A stretch of DNA of 64,000 nucleotides from Macrostomum lignano (GCA_002269645.1 NIVC01001685.1:62001-126000); one strand, 5' to 3'. Shown: positions 22,362 to 36,028, numbered from the stretch's first letter. The notes: a model not told the origin generated them from the sequence alone. Translations and numbers: made by a program.

Positions 22362-25300
22362 TCAGATCAAATCGCAGTGCTTCAGGAGAGCGTCGAAGTT
22401 CACCAAGAATAAACTTCTGTTCTGCAACTGCAGTGGAAAATAACTTGCAGCAGGTTTTTTATGAAACGGCAGCTCAGGCCGCTCGTCAAAATCGAAGCAG
22501 AACTTCCATGCTGAGTCTCGGCTTCTCAGGTGCTGCATCACGAAGTCCGCAGTCGCCTCACTCGCCGACCTCTCAGCGGACCAGTCGATGCCTCTGCTCA
22601 CCCTGAAATGCCTGCAGTCGCTCACGACTTTCGCTGCAGCCTCTCTGTCGCCGAACTTCAGGCAGCTCAGCGCCCTCAGAGACTCTCGCGCCGAGCGGGC
22701 GCAGTCCGGCAGCTTGCCGATCAGCTCCGAGAGACGCTGTCGGGACTCTGGGCTTCGGTCTCGGTCCGACACACGGAGCACCGACTCTCTCACGACGTCG
22801 TAGATCTCGTGGTACTCGCATTCCTTCGCTTGTGTCACAGGTCGATCAGCTTCCATGTGCGGCAGGATGAGGAACGGGTGGAAGTGGAATCGGCCCGAGT
22901 CGGTGACGGGTCGCAGGCTATCCTCGAACTCCAGCAGCAGCTCAGGCAGCCTATCGATCGCCTCTCTCACTGCATCGGCTGCCTGACTCAAAGCTTCGCT
23001 CACCTCAGCCGGTGTGCTGGTGTCCACGCCTCTCAGGTACACAGCGGCATCGCGAAGGAAGAAGTGGTCCATGATCCTGGCGTCAGGTCCGCCTGATCTG
23101 CAGTCGCTCTCAAGCATCTGCAGCGAGCGTCTCGCGAGACTCACGAGATTCCGAGGGTCGTTCCACTGCTCGGCCGGCGTCTCCTCCAGCATTCGGAACG
23201 CGATGGTCTTTGCGTGATACGACTTGAAGCCGTCGTGTTGGACGGCCTTCTTCAGCAGCCACTTGAGCGTGACGAACAGCTGGCCCTGCAGAGTGGTGAG
23301 ACTCCGCAGCAGCCGCCTCTCCAGGAAGCTGGTGCTCACTCGGAGCTGCTCGCCCTCCTTTCCGGGAGCAGCTGCGTGCACCACGTGACAGGGCGATGAG
23401 GCAGAGGTGAGGAGATGCTGGAGCGACTGCAGCACGGACTGGGGGATGTTTGAGTCGGAGACTCGGTTGTTGAGTAGCGGTGCGATGGGCGGGTAGCGGC
23501 AGAGGCGCCGAGCGTTAACGTGGTCAATAGCTGGTCTTAGAAATGAGCCTTTGAATTGTGTTGCTGGCGTGGAAGCTACAATGCATTTTTCGGCAAGCGG
23601 TTTTGATTAAATAGTAAAGTAGGAAATATTTTTTTCGTGAAGATAATTCTGTTTTTAAATAAATCTGGCTAAAATAAATTAGGGACAATTTTGACGATTT
23701 CCATTAATTTGTTACTACGTAGCTCGTACTTTGGGTTTCTATAATTTTAAAATAGCTCTACTGTTGTTATTAAGTTTGTTTATTTACAGCTATAGTCATT
23801 TTGATTGAAGCTACATGTATTTATGTGCTAGCTAAATCTTTTAATAATTTACTCACCATATCCAGGGCTCTGTATGTGTCCATTATTGTACTTGAAGCAG
23901 TGAGAATTGGTTTCAACGCATTCGCACAGATCCAGCAGATGAATCAGACCTCCCTGGAAAAAATGCGTCACGTCAATGTCCGACTCGATGTTTGTTCTGC
24001 CGTCAAGAGTAGCGAGGGTGTTGCCCCAGCCCTCGGAGAAGCTGCCTACCACAAAGCAATCATTATCATCGAGTCTTCTTCTGATAATGTCCTGCAGCGC
24101 TTCAGCCACAGCGCTCTGCAAGGCGGCTCTGGAGTCCACGAATCCCGACCGATTGAGCGCTTGGTGCAGCTGCTGGCTCAGCTCTTCGTCACTTGGGGTG
24201 GCTCTGCAAAGTCAATTCAAGTCATGAATCGATTTGAAATTTTTCTTACTAAATTCACTAGAAAAATGACTTCGCAAAGCCTTAGTTTTCCAGATAAAAT
24301 TTCGATGCATGCTCAGTAAAAGCGAACTCACATTTCTGTAATCTTCCATGTGAGATCGCTTTGTCTTCTGCCACTGTTCAGTGCACGCTGCAACAGAGTT
24401 GCTGACCTCTCGCTGCCGAATTCTTGAGCGCGTCTCAGTGCAATCCAAATCGATTGTCGATTGTCGACGTTAGCCTGGAGAAGCGACTCGACCACTAGAA
24501 AGTGGTTATTTTGTGATGCGATGTAGAGAGACGACTCTCCGGTGTTGAGCCTAAGATTGACATCCGCTTTTGCTTTGAGCAGTACGTTAACCACGCGATG
24601 ATGCCCAATTATTGATGCAATGTAGAGAGGTGACTCACCTGTGTTTAACTGAAGATTGACATTGGCCCCAGCTTTGATCAGCAATTCGACTACTGCGTGA
24701 TGCCCGTTTAGTGACGCAATATATAGAGGCGACTCGCCGGACCTTGTCCGACATTCTACTTCTGCCCCAGCTTCGATGAGTAAACTGACAATTCGCTTGC
24801 AGTTATATTTGGATGCAATGTAGAGCGGTGAATCGCCACTTCTCATCGGAAGATTGACGTTAGCTTTCGCTTTGATCAACAATTCGACTACATAACCGTG
24901 ACCGTTTTGCGATGCAACGAACAGGGCCGATTGGCCGATTTTTCTTTGGAGATCGACGTCCGCTCGTGCTTTGATAAGGAGTTGGACGACCAAATAATGA
25001 CCATTTTGAGAGGCAGTGTACAGAGGCGACAATCCAGTGCTTTGTTGCAGATTGACGTTGGCTCGAGCTTCAATTAGCGATTCAACAACGTGCCGATGAC
25101 CTTTTTGTGCTGCGATATAGATTGGTGACAGGCCCGACTTCTTTCGGAGATTTACATCGGCTCGAGCTTTGATAAGTAAATTAACTACCCGATAGTGACC
25201 ATTTTGTGACGCGATGTACAGTGGAGACGTACCTGAGTTTGCTTGGTGATTGACGTTGCCTCGTGAATTGATGAGTGATTCAACGATAAGATGATAACCT

Positions 25301-26220
25301 TGTTGGGATGCAATGTAGAGTGGAGACAGCCCAGTGTTGTCCGGGATATTTACATCGGCTCCAGCGTTAATGAGCAAGTTAACAACATCGTTGTGGTCGT
25401 TTTGCGATGCAACATAGATGGGGGTGCAGCCTCTTGTCTGAAGATTTAAATCCGCTCGAGCCTTGACGAGTAAGTCGACCACAAGAAGATGGCCATTTTG
25501 TGAAGCAACATACAGCGACGACGAACCGTGCGATTTTTCCAGAAGATTCACTTCTGCTCCGGCGCCAATTAGTAAGTCAACAACCCTAAAATGACCTTCC
25601 TGAGAAGCAATATAAAGAGGTGATGAGCCAGTGTTTCTCTGCAGATTTACTTTAGCTCCTTCTTTAATAAGCTTTTTGACAACAAGATGATGGCCTTCCT
25701 GCGATGCAGCGTAGAGAGGTGAACGCCCGTCGACCTTTTCCTGAAGATTGACATCGGCTTGAGCGTTGATTAGTAACTTGACTATTTCATGATGACCATT
25801 TTGTGAGGCAATGTAGAGAGGCGATTCGCCAGTGTTTCGCTGAATATTGACGTTAGCTTTTGCCTTAATTAGCGAGTCGACCACGTGACGATGGCCTCGC
25901 TCTGATGCGAGGTAAGCTGCAGCGATGCCGTCTCGGTTTTGCCGGTCCAATTTTATGTTTTCTTTAACAAATCTGAGCAAAATTTCGTTCATTCCGTAAT
26001 TGCAGGCCACCATTGCCGGAGTGACTTCGACTTACCTGTAAGTTAAAAGCTTATCCACGCTCCTGCCACTGGTAATGTAGCTCTCGACCGCTTCCAAATT
26101 GTTTGATTCGATTGCCGAAATAAGATATTCGTCTAGGAGCTCTGCCCCAGGCTCCCGCTTGGTGAGGAGTCGCAAACAGCAGGCGGCCACTGCGCTGCAA
26201 AGTCTTTGAATTGGACCCAT
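22362..26220 (-). CDS. Ankyrin-repeat cGAS-like receptor (ANK-cGLR/Mab-21) copy A; carries an in-frame TAA at 26032-26034 and a 1-nt frameshift near 22383, possibly a pseudogene
   Basis: Exons 26220-24332 (leader plus ~16 ANK), 24203-23857 (NTase: GSFSEG...SDID) and 23575-22362 (IDHV third acid, [17 protein letters not shown] Mab-21 motif); phases 2 and 1 match. The paralogous C-terminus continues in a shifted frame to the stop at 22143-22141. Confidence 0.8.
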
Positions 26221-27009
26221 TGGATGGATATCAAAACAGCGCTTTAGCCTAACAGGTAGCGTAGTTTGCGTTTATTTATATCTTTCTGCTGCCGGAGCAG
26301 TACTGCGCGGCTATTGTTGGCAATACAAGCCTGTCACTTCGACTAATGAGAAAGTGCGGCTCGATTACAGTTCAGTTACAATTGCAGTAAAGTTTCGAAG
26401 TTTCATGAGTGATCGCTGCGCAACTTCAAATCTACGGAGTCTACTAGCTGCTGTCCACTTTCGGGGAATCGCGAAGATCCATTTTTCCGGAAGCTCTGGC
26501 AGTGTAGATGGTGAAACTTTATACATAAAGATTGGATTCGTCTTATATCGAAGGCAGATTTGAGACACAAAGTGCAGCACAGGAATTGAATACCATGAAT
26601 TTAGTTAGGTTGATAAATTTTAAAAGCAGATTACTGCAAGTATATCCAATGTTGCTGTCGAGGAATTCTTTTCTCCGCAGTTGACATGCTAATAAATTAA
26701 ATAAATACATATTGTACGGACACACTATTATATAGGCATAAACTGTCAAGCAAAAGCAAGCAGGGACTAACACGAGCGTAAAATACATGCGTGTACATTT
26801 CACAAAGATTGGCCCTCATTGCACTCAGATCCCCGAGAAATTCGAAACCATCCAATGCACTAGGCTTGAAAAAACGCCCCCCCCTCACCAATAAGGGGTG
26901 TTTCAGTGCAATTATACTACTGCAAAACTTGCGAAAAGACTTGCAAAGGATTTATTTTAATGCAAACTATGACAGCAAAACTATAATCTCTAATCAAATG
27001 TCTAATCTC

Positions 27010-27480
27010 TACATGTAAAAATGAAAACTGAAAGAACTAAATGAGAGAAATGAGAAGAGATAAGAGAGAAAAGATAAAAGCGAAAGGAGAGATAGATAAG
27101 AAAGCAAAGACGAGAGAAGAGAGGTGAGGGAAAAGACGATAGAAGAGAGGAAAGGAGAGAGAGGAGAGAGTAGAGAGGAGTGAGGAGAGGAGAGAGTTGA
27201 GAGACGAGAGCAGAGAGGAGAAAGGAGAGAGATGAGTGAAGTGTTGAGAAAGGGTAGAGTAAGGAGTGAGAAGAGAGGAGAAGGAAGAGAGAGCAGAGAA
27301 ATGAGAATAGATAAAAGAGGAGAAAGGGAGAGATGAGAGAGCAGAGACGAGAGAAAAGAGAGGAGAGGAGAGGGGAGAGAAAAGAATAGAGGGGAGAGGA
27401 AATAGACGAGAGAAGAGGGGAGAGAGGAGAGAGAGAAGAGACCAGAGACGAGAGAGAAGAGAGGAAACACAAGAGAAGAT
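27010..27480. repeat. Purine-rich (GA)n low-complexity tract
   Basis: Direct inspection; produces spurious Leu/Ser ORFs on the minus strand. Confidence 0.9.
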
Positions 27481-29949
27481 ATAAGTTTCTAAGGATCCAA
27501 GGGACATAAGGAGAGACAGAGGCAGAGGCCAGAGGTGCCAATACATGAAATCCTAATTTTACACAATTGTACTCCATTTTATGTTTAACCCTATCCTTAC
27601 TAACTAATAACAAGTTTTTGTTTGAGTATTGCCCCATATACAATAATACATGCAAAAATAGCTCCGAGAATTAAAATTCCCCGGGTTCAAAATCCGCGCG
27701 TTTCAACAGCTTGTCCCATATAAATTAAGCGACGAATCATTGGATTGCATTGAAGCAAAAACTTTTCAAGGATGAAAACCATACCAATGATTCCCAAGGA
27801 TTCGAAAAATCGAAAATCATAAACGATGAAACAGCGAAAACAGCAATATCACAAATGTGACAAAACTGACTTCGACTACTTCATCCAACCCAACAAAAAC
27901 ATCTCACGCCTCAAAATTCCAATGATTTTCACAATTTTTGTAACTATTCTCAAAGAAAAATTTCTCACAATACTGTTCTGCTGTCCCCACACTCTGCATT
28001 GGATCTTTAACTGCTTCTTACTGCTCAGTCACCGTTGATTTTACACCTGCCCCGTTCCGACCATGGATTTCGTCGCATTTAAGCGAACAGAGGTGGCCTC
28101 CATCTCCATCCTGCTGCTCAGATTGGCGGCCCCAACGCTGGCCTGCGGGCTGCACCGGCTGTCGAAAGTCGAATTTAATTTCTATACTTGCTGGGATCAA
28201 CGTGATCTAGACACCAGGTCACTTGGCGACGAGCTTGTGGAGCAACTCGCCAAACGAGGACGCAACCTCGGGCAGTGCAGTAAAGCTCGGTCAAGCCGCC
28301 AACCTGCAGGAAGTCATACGTGATCCCTGCTATAAACCAGAATGTATCCGAATAACTAATCTTTCAAATGAAACTGACCTCAGGGAGACTTGCATAGTAA
28401 TCAGTAGCCATTGCTTCTTCCAGAGGCATATTTCACTACAAAGTGGTTGCTTCCCCATCTGCCCCCTCGCCACCTTCTGCCGGCACTTCGACGAAGCGCG
28501 GAGACATCACCTCCGCTGCCCGTTAAGGTGGGTCAAGCTGACCACCCCATATCGGATCCGTGACCTACTAGCATTCGTCTGGGGTTCGAGCAGATGCCAC
28601 TCTCGCGAACTCTTCTGCTGCTGGCGATGGATGGCACAGCCCCAACCTTTGGGGCCTAATCAATGTTGAAGTTATAGAAAGTCTCCATTATTTAAGAGTG
28701 GTCTGAAACCGTTCTGCGTTTTTCCACCAAACCCACTGAAAGAATTGACACATTCTATAGCAGATAGAACGTAGACATAACGGTTCTCCAGATCATAATG
28801 TTGGATAAAGATGAATAGCTAATGCCGAAAACCGTAATGATTTCTTTCGGAAATTGTTATATCTGTTTTACGTTGAAAAAAGTATGGGCCTACAGGTAGC
28901 CGTTGAAAATTTCTGCTTCAGAAATACAGTGAGGGAATGAATGTCCAATGTCCATACGGGAGCAACCGTTTGAGATTTGGAAACATTGCAAGTCGGCTGG
29001 TGCTAAATCTGGTAATATCGCAGACAGGGGAAGGTTGCAACGAGCGTCGTGTATTGCGACGTGTGCAGCCTGACATTGCCATGATGAAGAAGCAGCGGGC
29101 AGCTAAGGCAGCGGGATGTGTGCAACCTGGTGAAATTTGAACGACATTGTCACAACCGACGAGAGGCATTACTGCCCATTCCGCCGACTCCCCTGAGCAG
29201 GCATACATACAATCGCGCGCGGCTACGTACGCAGTCATACACACAGGCACACACTCACACAGGAGTTTACAGCGGTCTTAATTTTATTTATCGTTAGGCA
29301 TGTACACTTCACTGCACCTTGGGGGTTGGCTCTCAATAGCGTTAATTGCAAGAGTAGAGCAGAGAAGTTCTTAGAATCGATTCTGGGCCGCTGGCACGTA
29401 AGAGTACCGCGCTACTAGACCACTAGTCTCGAGCCTACGACACCCCGTCCTGACAATGTCGGGCATTTCTTAGAAAATCTGGTTACTATAATTCCTGCAT
29501 GGAAAAACAGAGCTTCGAACTACAAAATAATTACGCCGTCAAGCTTCTAAAATGTTTTAATAATAGCAAAAGAATCTGTTTATTGTTGGATTCATTTTGA
29601 GTTGAAGCAATGTCATAATTTAGTCAGATATTTAAGACAGATAGTGGATTGTAAACATGAAATAAAAAATTATTTTTTTTTAATTATTACGGCACATTGT
29701 AAATCTACTTTGCAAGTAAGACAACAGTGAATTTTGTGTTTCTGTAATTAGATGTTCACATTTTTATATACACTAAGCAGTACTAGCATTTAGAAGTCGC
29801 TTTCAAAACGTTCAATCTTCCTATTTAAATGTACCTCAGAAGGTGCAAATCTCAGAAAAAAGTACCAGTGTATAGGTTGGGCTATATCAGACAGATTGAC
29901 ACAGACTGGCCTCAGACATTGAGTTCCAACGTGGAGTTACAGACGCAGT

Positions 29950-32900
29950 TTACTTAAAGACACTCGGCTCCAGCCAAGGTGGGACTTTGCCGAACCTCCT
30001 GATGCATGAATTGCGGAATGACCGCCGCAGCTCGAAGTCTTCACAATAAAGGGAAGCCACATGCAACTCCTGATCATCCGCATTCTCATCCTGTGCCACA
30101 TTCCGGATCCAGTCTCGACCTGAAGATTCTCCTGCTCCAATCAGATCAAAGTGGAGTGCCAACAGCAGGGCCTCAAAGTTGAAATAGTACGAAGAGCTGT
30201 AGTTTCCTGCATTTTTTGGAAAACTTACTTTAACTTGGCTTTTAACTGGCAGCTCAGGCCGCTCGTCAAACCAAAAGCAGAACTTCCACGCGGAGTCTCG
30301 GCTCCTCAAGTGCTGCATCACAAAGTCCGCAGTCGCCTCACTCGCCGACCACTCAGCTGGCCAGTCGATGCCTCTGCTTGCCCTGAAATGCCATAATTCG
30401 CTCACGACTTTCGCTGCAGCCTCTCCGTCGCCGAACTTCAGGCAGCTCAGCGCCCTCAGAGACTCTCGCGCCGAGCGGGCGCAGTCTGGCAGCTTGCCGA
30501 TCAGCTCCGAGAGACGCTGTCGGGACTCTGGACTTGGGTCTCGGTCTGACACACGGAGCACCGACTCTCTCACGACGTCATAGATCTCGTGGTACTCGCA
30601 TTCCTTCGCTTGTGACACAGGTCGATCAGCTTCCATGTGCGGCAGGATGAGGAACGGGTGGAAGTGGAATCGGCCCGAGTCGGTGACGGGTCGCAGGCTA
30701 TCCTCGAACTCCAGCAGCAGCTCAGGCAGCCTATCGATCGCATCTCTCACTGCATCAGCTGCCTGACTCAAGGCTTCGCTCACCTTCTCAGCCGATGTGC
30801 TGGTGTCCACGCCTCTCAGGTACACAGCGGCATCGCGAAGGAAGAAGTGGTCCATGATCTTGGCGTCAGGTCCGCCTGATATGCAGTCGCTTTCAAGCAT
30901 CTGCAGCGAGCGTCTCGCGAGACTCACGAGATTCCGAGCGTCGTTCCACTGCTCGGCCGGTGTCTCCTCCAGCATTCGGAACGTGATGGTCTTTGCGTGA
31001 TACGACTTGAAGCCGTCGTGTCGGACGGCCTTCTTCAGCAGCCACTTGAGCGTGACGAACAGCTGGCCCTGCAGAGTGGTGAGACTCCGCAGCAGCCGCC
31101 TCTCCAGGAAGCTGGTGCTCACTCGGAGCTGCTGGCCCTCCTTTCCGGGAGCAGCTGCGTGCACCACGTGACAGGGCGATGAGGCAGAGGTGAGGAGATG
31201 CTGGAGCGACTGCAGCACGGACTGGGGGATGTTTGAGTCGGAGACTCGGTTGTTGAGTAGCGGTGCGATGGGCGGGTAGCGGCAGAGTCGTCGGGCGTCA
31301 ACGTTGTCAAATGCCGGTCTCAGCTTGGATCCTTCCATTGCTATCGATGGTTTTGAGGCTGAAATTCGTTTGATGGGGTATAATAGTTCGTTGACGCATT
31401 AAAACCATAGAATAATGTATACATTAGACGTGCTAATGATGTTTATCTACATGTACGCTCGTATACCCAAAATTTGCAGCCTGCAGACTAAACTCACTAC
31501 GGAGAATGTCTTAGGCTATCTTAAAATTTTCTTGATCCAAGTCTTTCTACCTAAAAATGCAAGACTGCTAAAAAGCGCGATTTTTTCACTAAATCCTCCA
31601 TAGGGTTGCTCCACTTTATTAATCCTATTCGAATTTAACACAATCTTTAACTATTTTGACACAAACCCGTGAAATTTCAGGTGTTAAAGTCAACCCGAAA
31701 CGGTGCTGTGCATAGTTTGTCTGTTTTTTTTGTAAGGGGAAGACAGCCACCCAGATCTCCGCCTGCCTCTCTTTTCTTCGCTTACGAGTATCTGGCCTTG
31801 GTGTAAATGGGTTTCGAAATTTACTATCTTCCGGCTGCCATAAGTTTGCTCTACGTGAAGCGATTGACTGCAAACTGGAAACAATTCTTCATTGATATAT
31901 TTTCTGTCTAAATAATGGCGGACGGTCTGTCTGACCTGTTTGGCACTTCATATGACCTGTTGACTGTGCCGGCCGACATCCCAGCGGATCTGAAGTGCCG
32001 CAGCGCAGAGGGGCAGACGACCACGCTCGCACGCTGCCAGCGGTTCACCTACCTCGGCGGCCTGGTGCCCTACGTGGAGGAGGACCTCCTGCGGCGCAGA
32101 GGACTTGCCTGGGCGGCTTCCGTTCGATTCGAGCAATCCTCCAGTCCGAAGCGCTGCCCGATCGCCAGAGGGCTCGGCTGTCGCAGGCGATGGTCGAAAC
32201 CGTCCTGCTCTACAACGCCGAGACGTGGACGCTCGTGGAGGCTACGCTAGAGCGGCAGCTAAACTCGGCGCACTCAGGGCTGCTACGTGCGGCCTTTCAA
32301 GCTGAAGAGAGCGTTGGGACTGAGGCCCTGTACGATCGGGCCAAGCTGCAGCGCAATTCCACCATCCTGCGCCGAGGACTACTAACCCCAACCTGTTCAT
32401 GACGTCCTGCTGCTCACCTTGCAGGGCCCCATCAGGCGGGGTCAGGCCCGGACCCGTCGATACGGGTACACAGGATTATACACAGGACTGCCTGCTGTGC
32501 AACGCCCGACACTGCCAACATGGCGAACTTCGTCCGCTCTCAGGCTCTGCGGCTTTCCATCTGACGCGCCCTGCTCTAACTGTGACCTTGCATGCTTGGC
32601 TGCGTATTTTGTTGGTCTCTCCTTGGCTCCTCTGTCTCTCCTTGGCTGCGGCTTCTATTCCGTTTTATTATTTTTGTTGATAGTATTAGAATATTAGATA
32701 GTATTATTTTTACCACGAGTTTTTTTCCAAGGTTTGTTTACCTATATTCTTATTTTCAATTTTAACAAATTCACGGGCTTCAACAGCTCGTATAATATGT
32801 GTTTACGCCACACTCAAATTAATGTTTACAACGGTAATTTAAAGGCATTAAGGACATCGCTCTCACCGTATCCGGGATACAACACGTGCCCATTGCTGTA

Positions 32901-35900
32901 CTCCACTGTTTCGGGCTCCGCCCCAGCGCACTCGCATAGATCCCTCAGGTGGATGCTGCTTCCTGGGAGCAGCTGCATCACGTCAATGTCGGATTTAGGG
33001 TCAGTTCTGCCATCCAGAGTAGCCAGGCTGTTGCCCCAGCCTTCAGAGAAGCTGCCTACAATGAAGTAATCATTATAATCGAGTCTTTTCCTCAACATGC
33101 TCTGCAGCGCGTCAGCCGTAGCGCTCTGCAAGGCGGCTCTGGAGTCCACGAATCCCGACTGATTGAGTGCTTGGTGCAGCTGCTGGCTCAGCTCTGCGTC
33201 GCTGGGGGCGGCTCTGAAGGTTGAGTGAGACGAAATCTGTCATCTGATTAGCATTAAATTTTAAGAATAGAGTTTCCAGACGATTTTTCTTTCTTGAGAA
33301 CTCTCTCCCTAAACCCCCCCATTTTTTGCATATTTCTTCACATCTTCACTTAAGTCAGGGTTTTGAAGCTTGGTGTCAGTTGTTTTGTGCTTGAGAAAAT
33401 CAAATTTAAAATCAAAATAAAATGCTGCTGCTTCTTATTTTATTTCTTTGAGTGATATTGCCACAAGTAAAGCCATCAGACGTATTTCTTTCAGATATTC
33501 TACTTTCAATGTAATTGCCAGCTGACCCCAAGTCTATACAGTGAAAAGCTTCGTTGACTGCACTAAACATCGCCGCGACTAGAGACGAACTGAACCCGCT
33601 TAAATATTGTCTAATCACTGTTACGATAAAATACCGTATCTCACCTCTTCAAAGGCAACGGAGTCAAAGGCTGTCGATAATGCCCACTCATGGCTTCGGT
33701 CAGCATCCGTGTAGTTTCCCTGTTTTCCAGTTCCTGGGCTTGACTAAATGCGGCATGTAAGTCATCAGAATGAGTGACAGCAGCGCAGGCATGAAGAAAA
33801 AGCAGCTCAAAAGCCTCAATATGGCCATTCTGTGATGCAACTTCAAGAGGTGAGCTGCCATCAGCAGATTTAAGATTAATGTCCGCTTGCCCTTTAATAA
33901 GTGCGTAAATTACTTTCTGATGACCCTTCTGGGATGCAATGTAAAGAGGTGACATGCCTTGGTATTGTTGAATATTTACGTCGGCTTGTGCTTTGATAAG
34001 CGACTCAATTACTTCGTGATGACCCTTCTGTGATGCAATGTGGATAGGTGACTCGCCAGTGTTTCGTTGAAGATTGACGTCGGCTTGTGCTTTGATGAGT
34101 GACTCAATTACTTTGTGATGACCATTCTGTGATGCAACATGGAGAGGTGACTCGCCAGTGTTTCGTTGAAGATTGACGTCAGCTTGTGCATTGGTGAGTG
34201 ACTCAATTACTTCCTGATGACCATTATGCGATGCAACGTAAAGAGGCGACGCACCTTGGTTTTGTTGAAGATTGACGTCAGCTTGTGCATTGATGAGTGA
34301 CTCAATTACTTTGTGATGGCCATTCTGTGATGCAATGTAGAGAGGTGAGTAGCCTTGGTTTTGTTGAATATTGACGTCGGCTTGTGCTTTGATGAGTGAG
34401 TCAATTACTTTGTGATGACCATTCTGTGATGCAACATGGAGAGGTGACGAGCCAGTGTTTTGTTGAAGATTGACGTCGGCTTGTACTTTGATAAGTGACT
34501 CAATTACTTTGTGATGACCAATTACAGATGCAATGTAGAGAGGTGACGCGCCAGTGTTTTGTTGAAGATTGACGTCGGCTTGTGCTTTGATGAGTGACTC
34601 AATTACTTTGTGATGACCATTCTGTGATGCAATGTAGAGAGGTGAGCAGCCTTGGTGTTGCTGAAGATTGACATCGGCTTGTGCATTGATGAGTAACTCA
34701 ATTACTTTGTGTTGACCATTCTGTGATGCAACGTGGAGAGGTGATGCGCCTTGGTTTTGTTGAATATTGACGTCGGCTTGTGCTTTGATGAGTGAATCAA
34801 TTACTTTGTGATGACCATTCTGTGATGCAACGTGGAGAGGTGAAGAGCCAGTGTTTCGTTGTAGATTAACGTCGGCTTGTGCATTGATGAGTGACTGAAT
34901 TACTTTGTGATGGTTATTCTGTGATGCAACGTAGAGAGGAGATGCGCCTTGGTTTTGTTGAAGATTGACGTCGGCTTGTGCTTTGATGAGTGAATCAATT
35001 ACTTTGTGATGACCCTTCTGTGTTGCAACGTGGAGAGGTGATACGCCTTGGTTTTGTTGAATATTGACGTCGGCTTGTGCTTTGACGAGTGACTCAATTA
35101 CTTTGTGATGGCCATTCTGTGATGCAATGTGGAGAGGTGACTCGCCAGTGTTTTGTTGAAGATTGACGTCGGCTTGTGCTTTGATGAGTGAATCAATTAC
35201 TTTGTGATGACCATTCTGTGATGCAACGTGGAGAGGTGATGCGCCTTGGTTTTGTTGAATATTGACGTCGGCTTGTGCTTTGATGAGTGCCTCAATTACT
35301 TCTTGATGACCCCTGTGTGATGCAATGTAGAGAGGTGACTCGCCAGTGTTTCGTTGTAGATTAACGTCGGCTCGTGCATTGATGAGTGAGTCAATTATTT
35401 TGCGATGATTATTCTGTGATGCAACGTAGATAGGTGAATCGCCAGTGTATGCTTGAAGATTGACGTCGGCTTGTGCATTGATGAGTGACTCAATTACTTC
35501 GTGATGATTATTCTGTGACGCAGTGTAGAGAGGTGAGCAGCCTTGCTTTTGTTGAAAATTGACGTTGGCTTGTGCTTTGATGAGTAACTCAATTACTTTG
35601 TGATGACCTTTCTGTGATGAAATGTAGAGAGGTGATGAGCCAGTGTTTGCTTGAAGATTGACATCAGCTTGTGCTTTGATGAGTGAGTCAACTACTTTAT
35701 GATGACCTAGGATGGATGCAATTAGCAGTGCTGTTGTTCCATCTTCAGTTTGTAGGTCGAGATTAGCTTTTGCTGCAATTAATTTTATTAATATTTCGTG
35801 TCTGTCAAAAAAACTCGCTACCATCGCGAGTGTTAAATTCTTTCCATTAAATTTTACAACTCTGTCGACACTCTTCGCCTTGGAAACAAATTTGTCAATC

Positions 35901-36028
35901 GTCTTCAGGTCATTCTCAGTTATCGCTTTAATGAGAGTTTCGTCCGAGAGCTCTGCGTCAGATCCGGATTCGAACACGGGCATGCAGAAGGCGCCCACGA
36001 AATTCAGCAGCCATTCCAGGAATCGCAT
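29950..36028 (-). CDS. Ankyrin-repeat cGAS-like receptor (ANK-cGLR/Mab-21) copy B, intact, about 1379 aa
   Basis: Exons 36028-33645 (~21 ANK), 33213-32867 and 31358-29950; total 4140 nt in frame, [54 protein letters not shown]. Confidence 0.88.
31915..32400 (+). mobile_element. Degenerate RTE-like non-LTR retrotransposon 3' fragment inside intron 2 of ANK-cGLR B
   Basis: Frameshifted peptides RFTYLGGLV...[11 protein letters not shown] and IRAILQS...[22 protein letters not shown] match the typical post-RT region of RTE-clade LINEs (FxYLG...R.G.AW.AF...VLLYGxETW). Confidence 0.75.

Noticed and set aside
22530-23527. Antisense ORFs conserved across the three cGLR copies
   Set aside because: Explained by GC-rich codon usage and near-identity of the sense exon; there is no independent evidence.
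28180-28260. TIR-like CWDQRDL motif
   Set aside because: Too short, and the surrounding sequence does not fit a TIR fold pattern.
29900-29945. hAT transposase RWNS motif (VTPRWNSM) downstream of copy B
   Set aside because: An isolated short match in a 3' UTR with no other transposase motifs.
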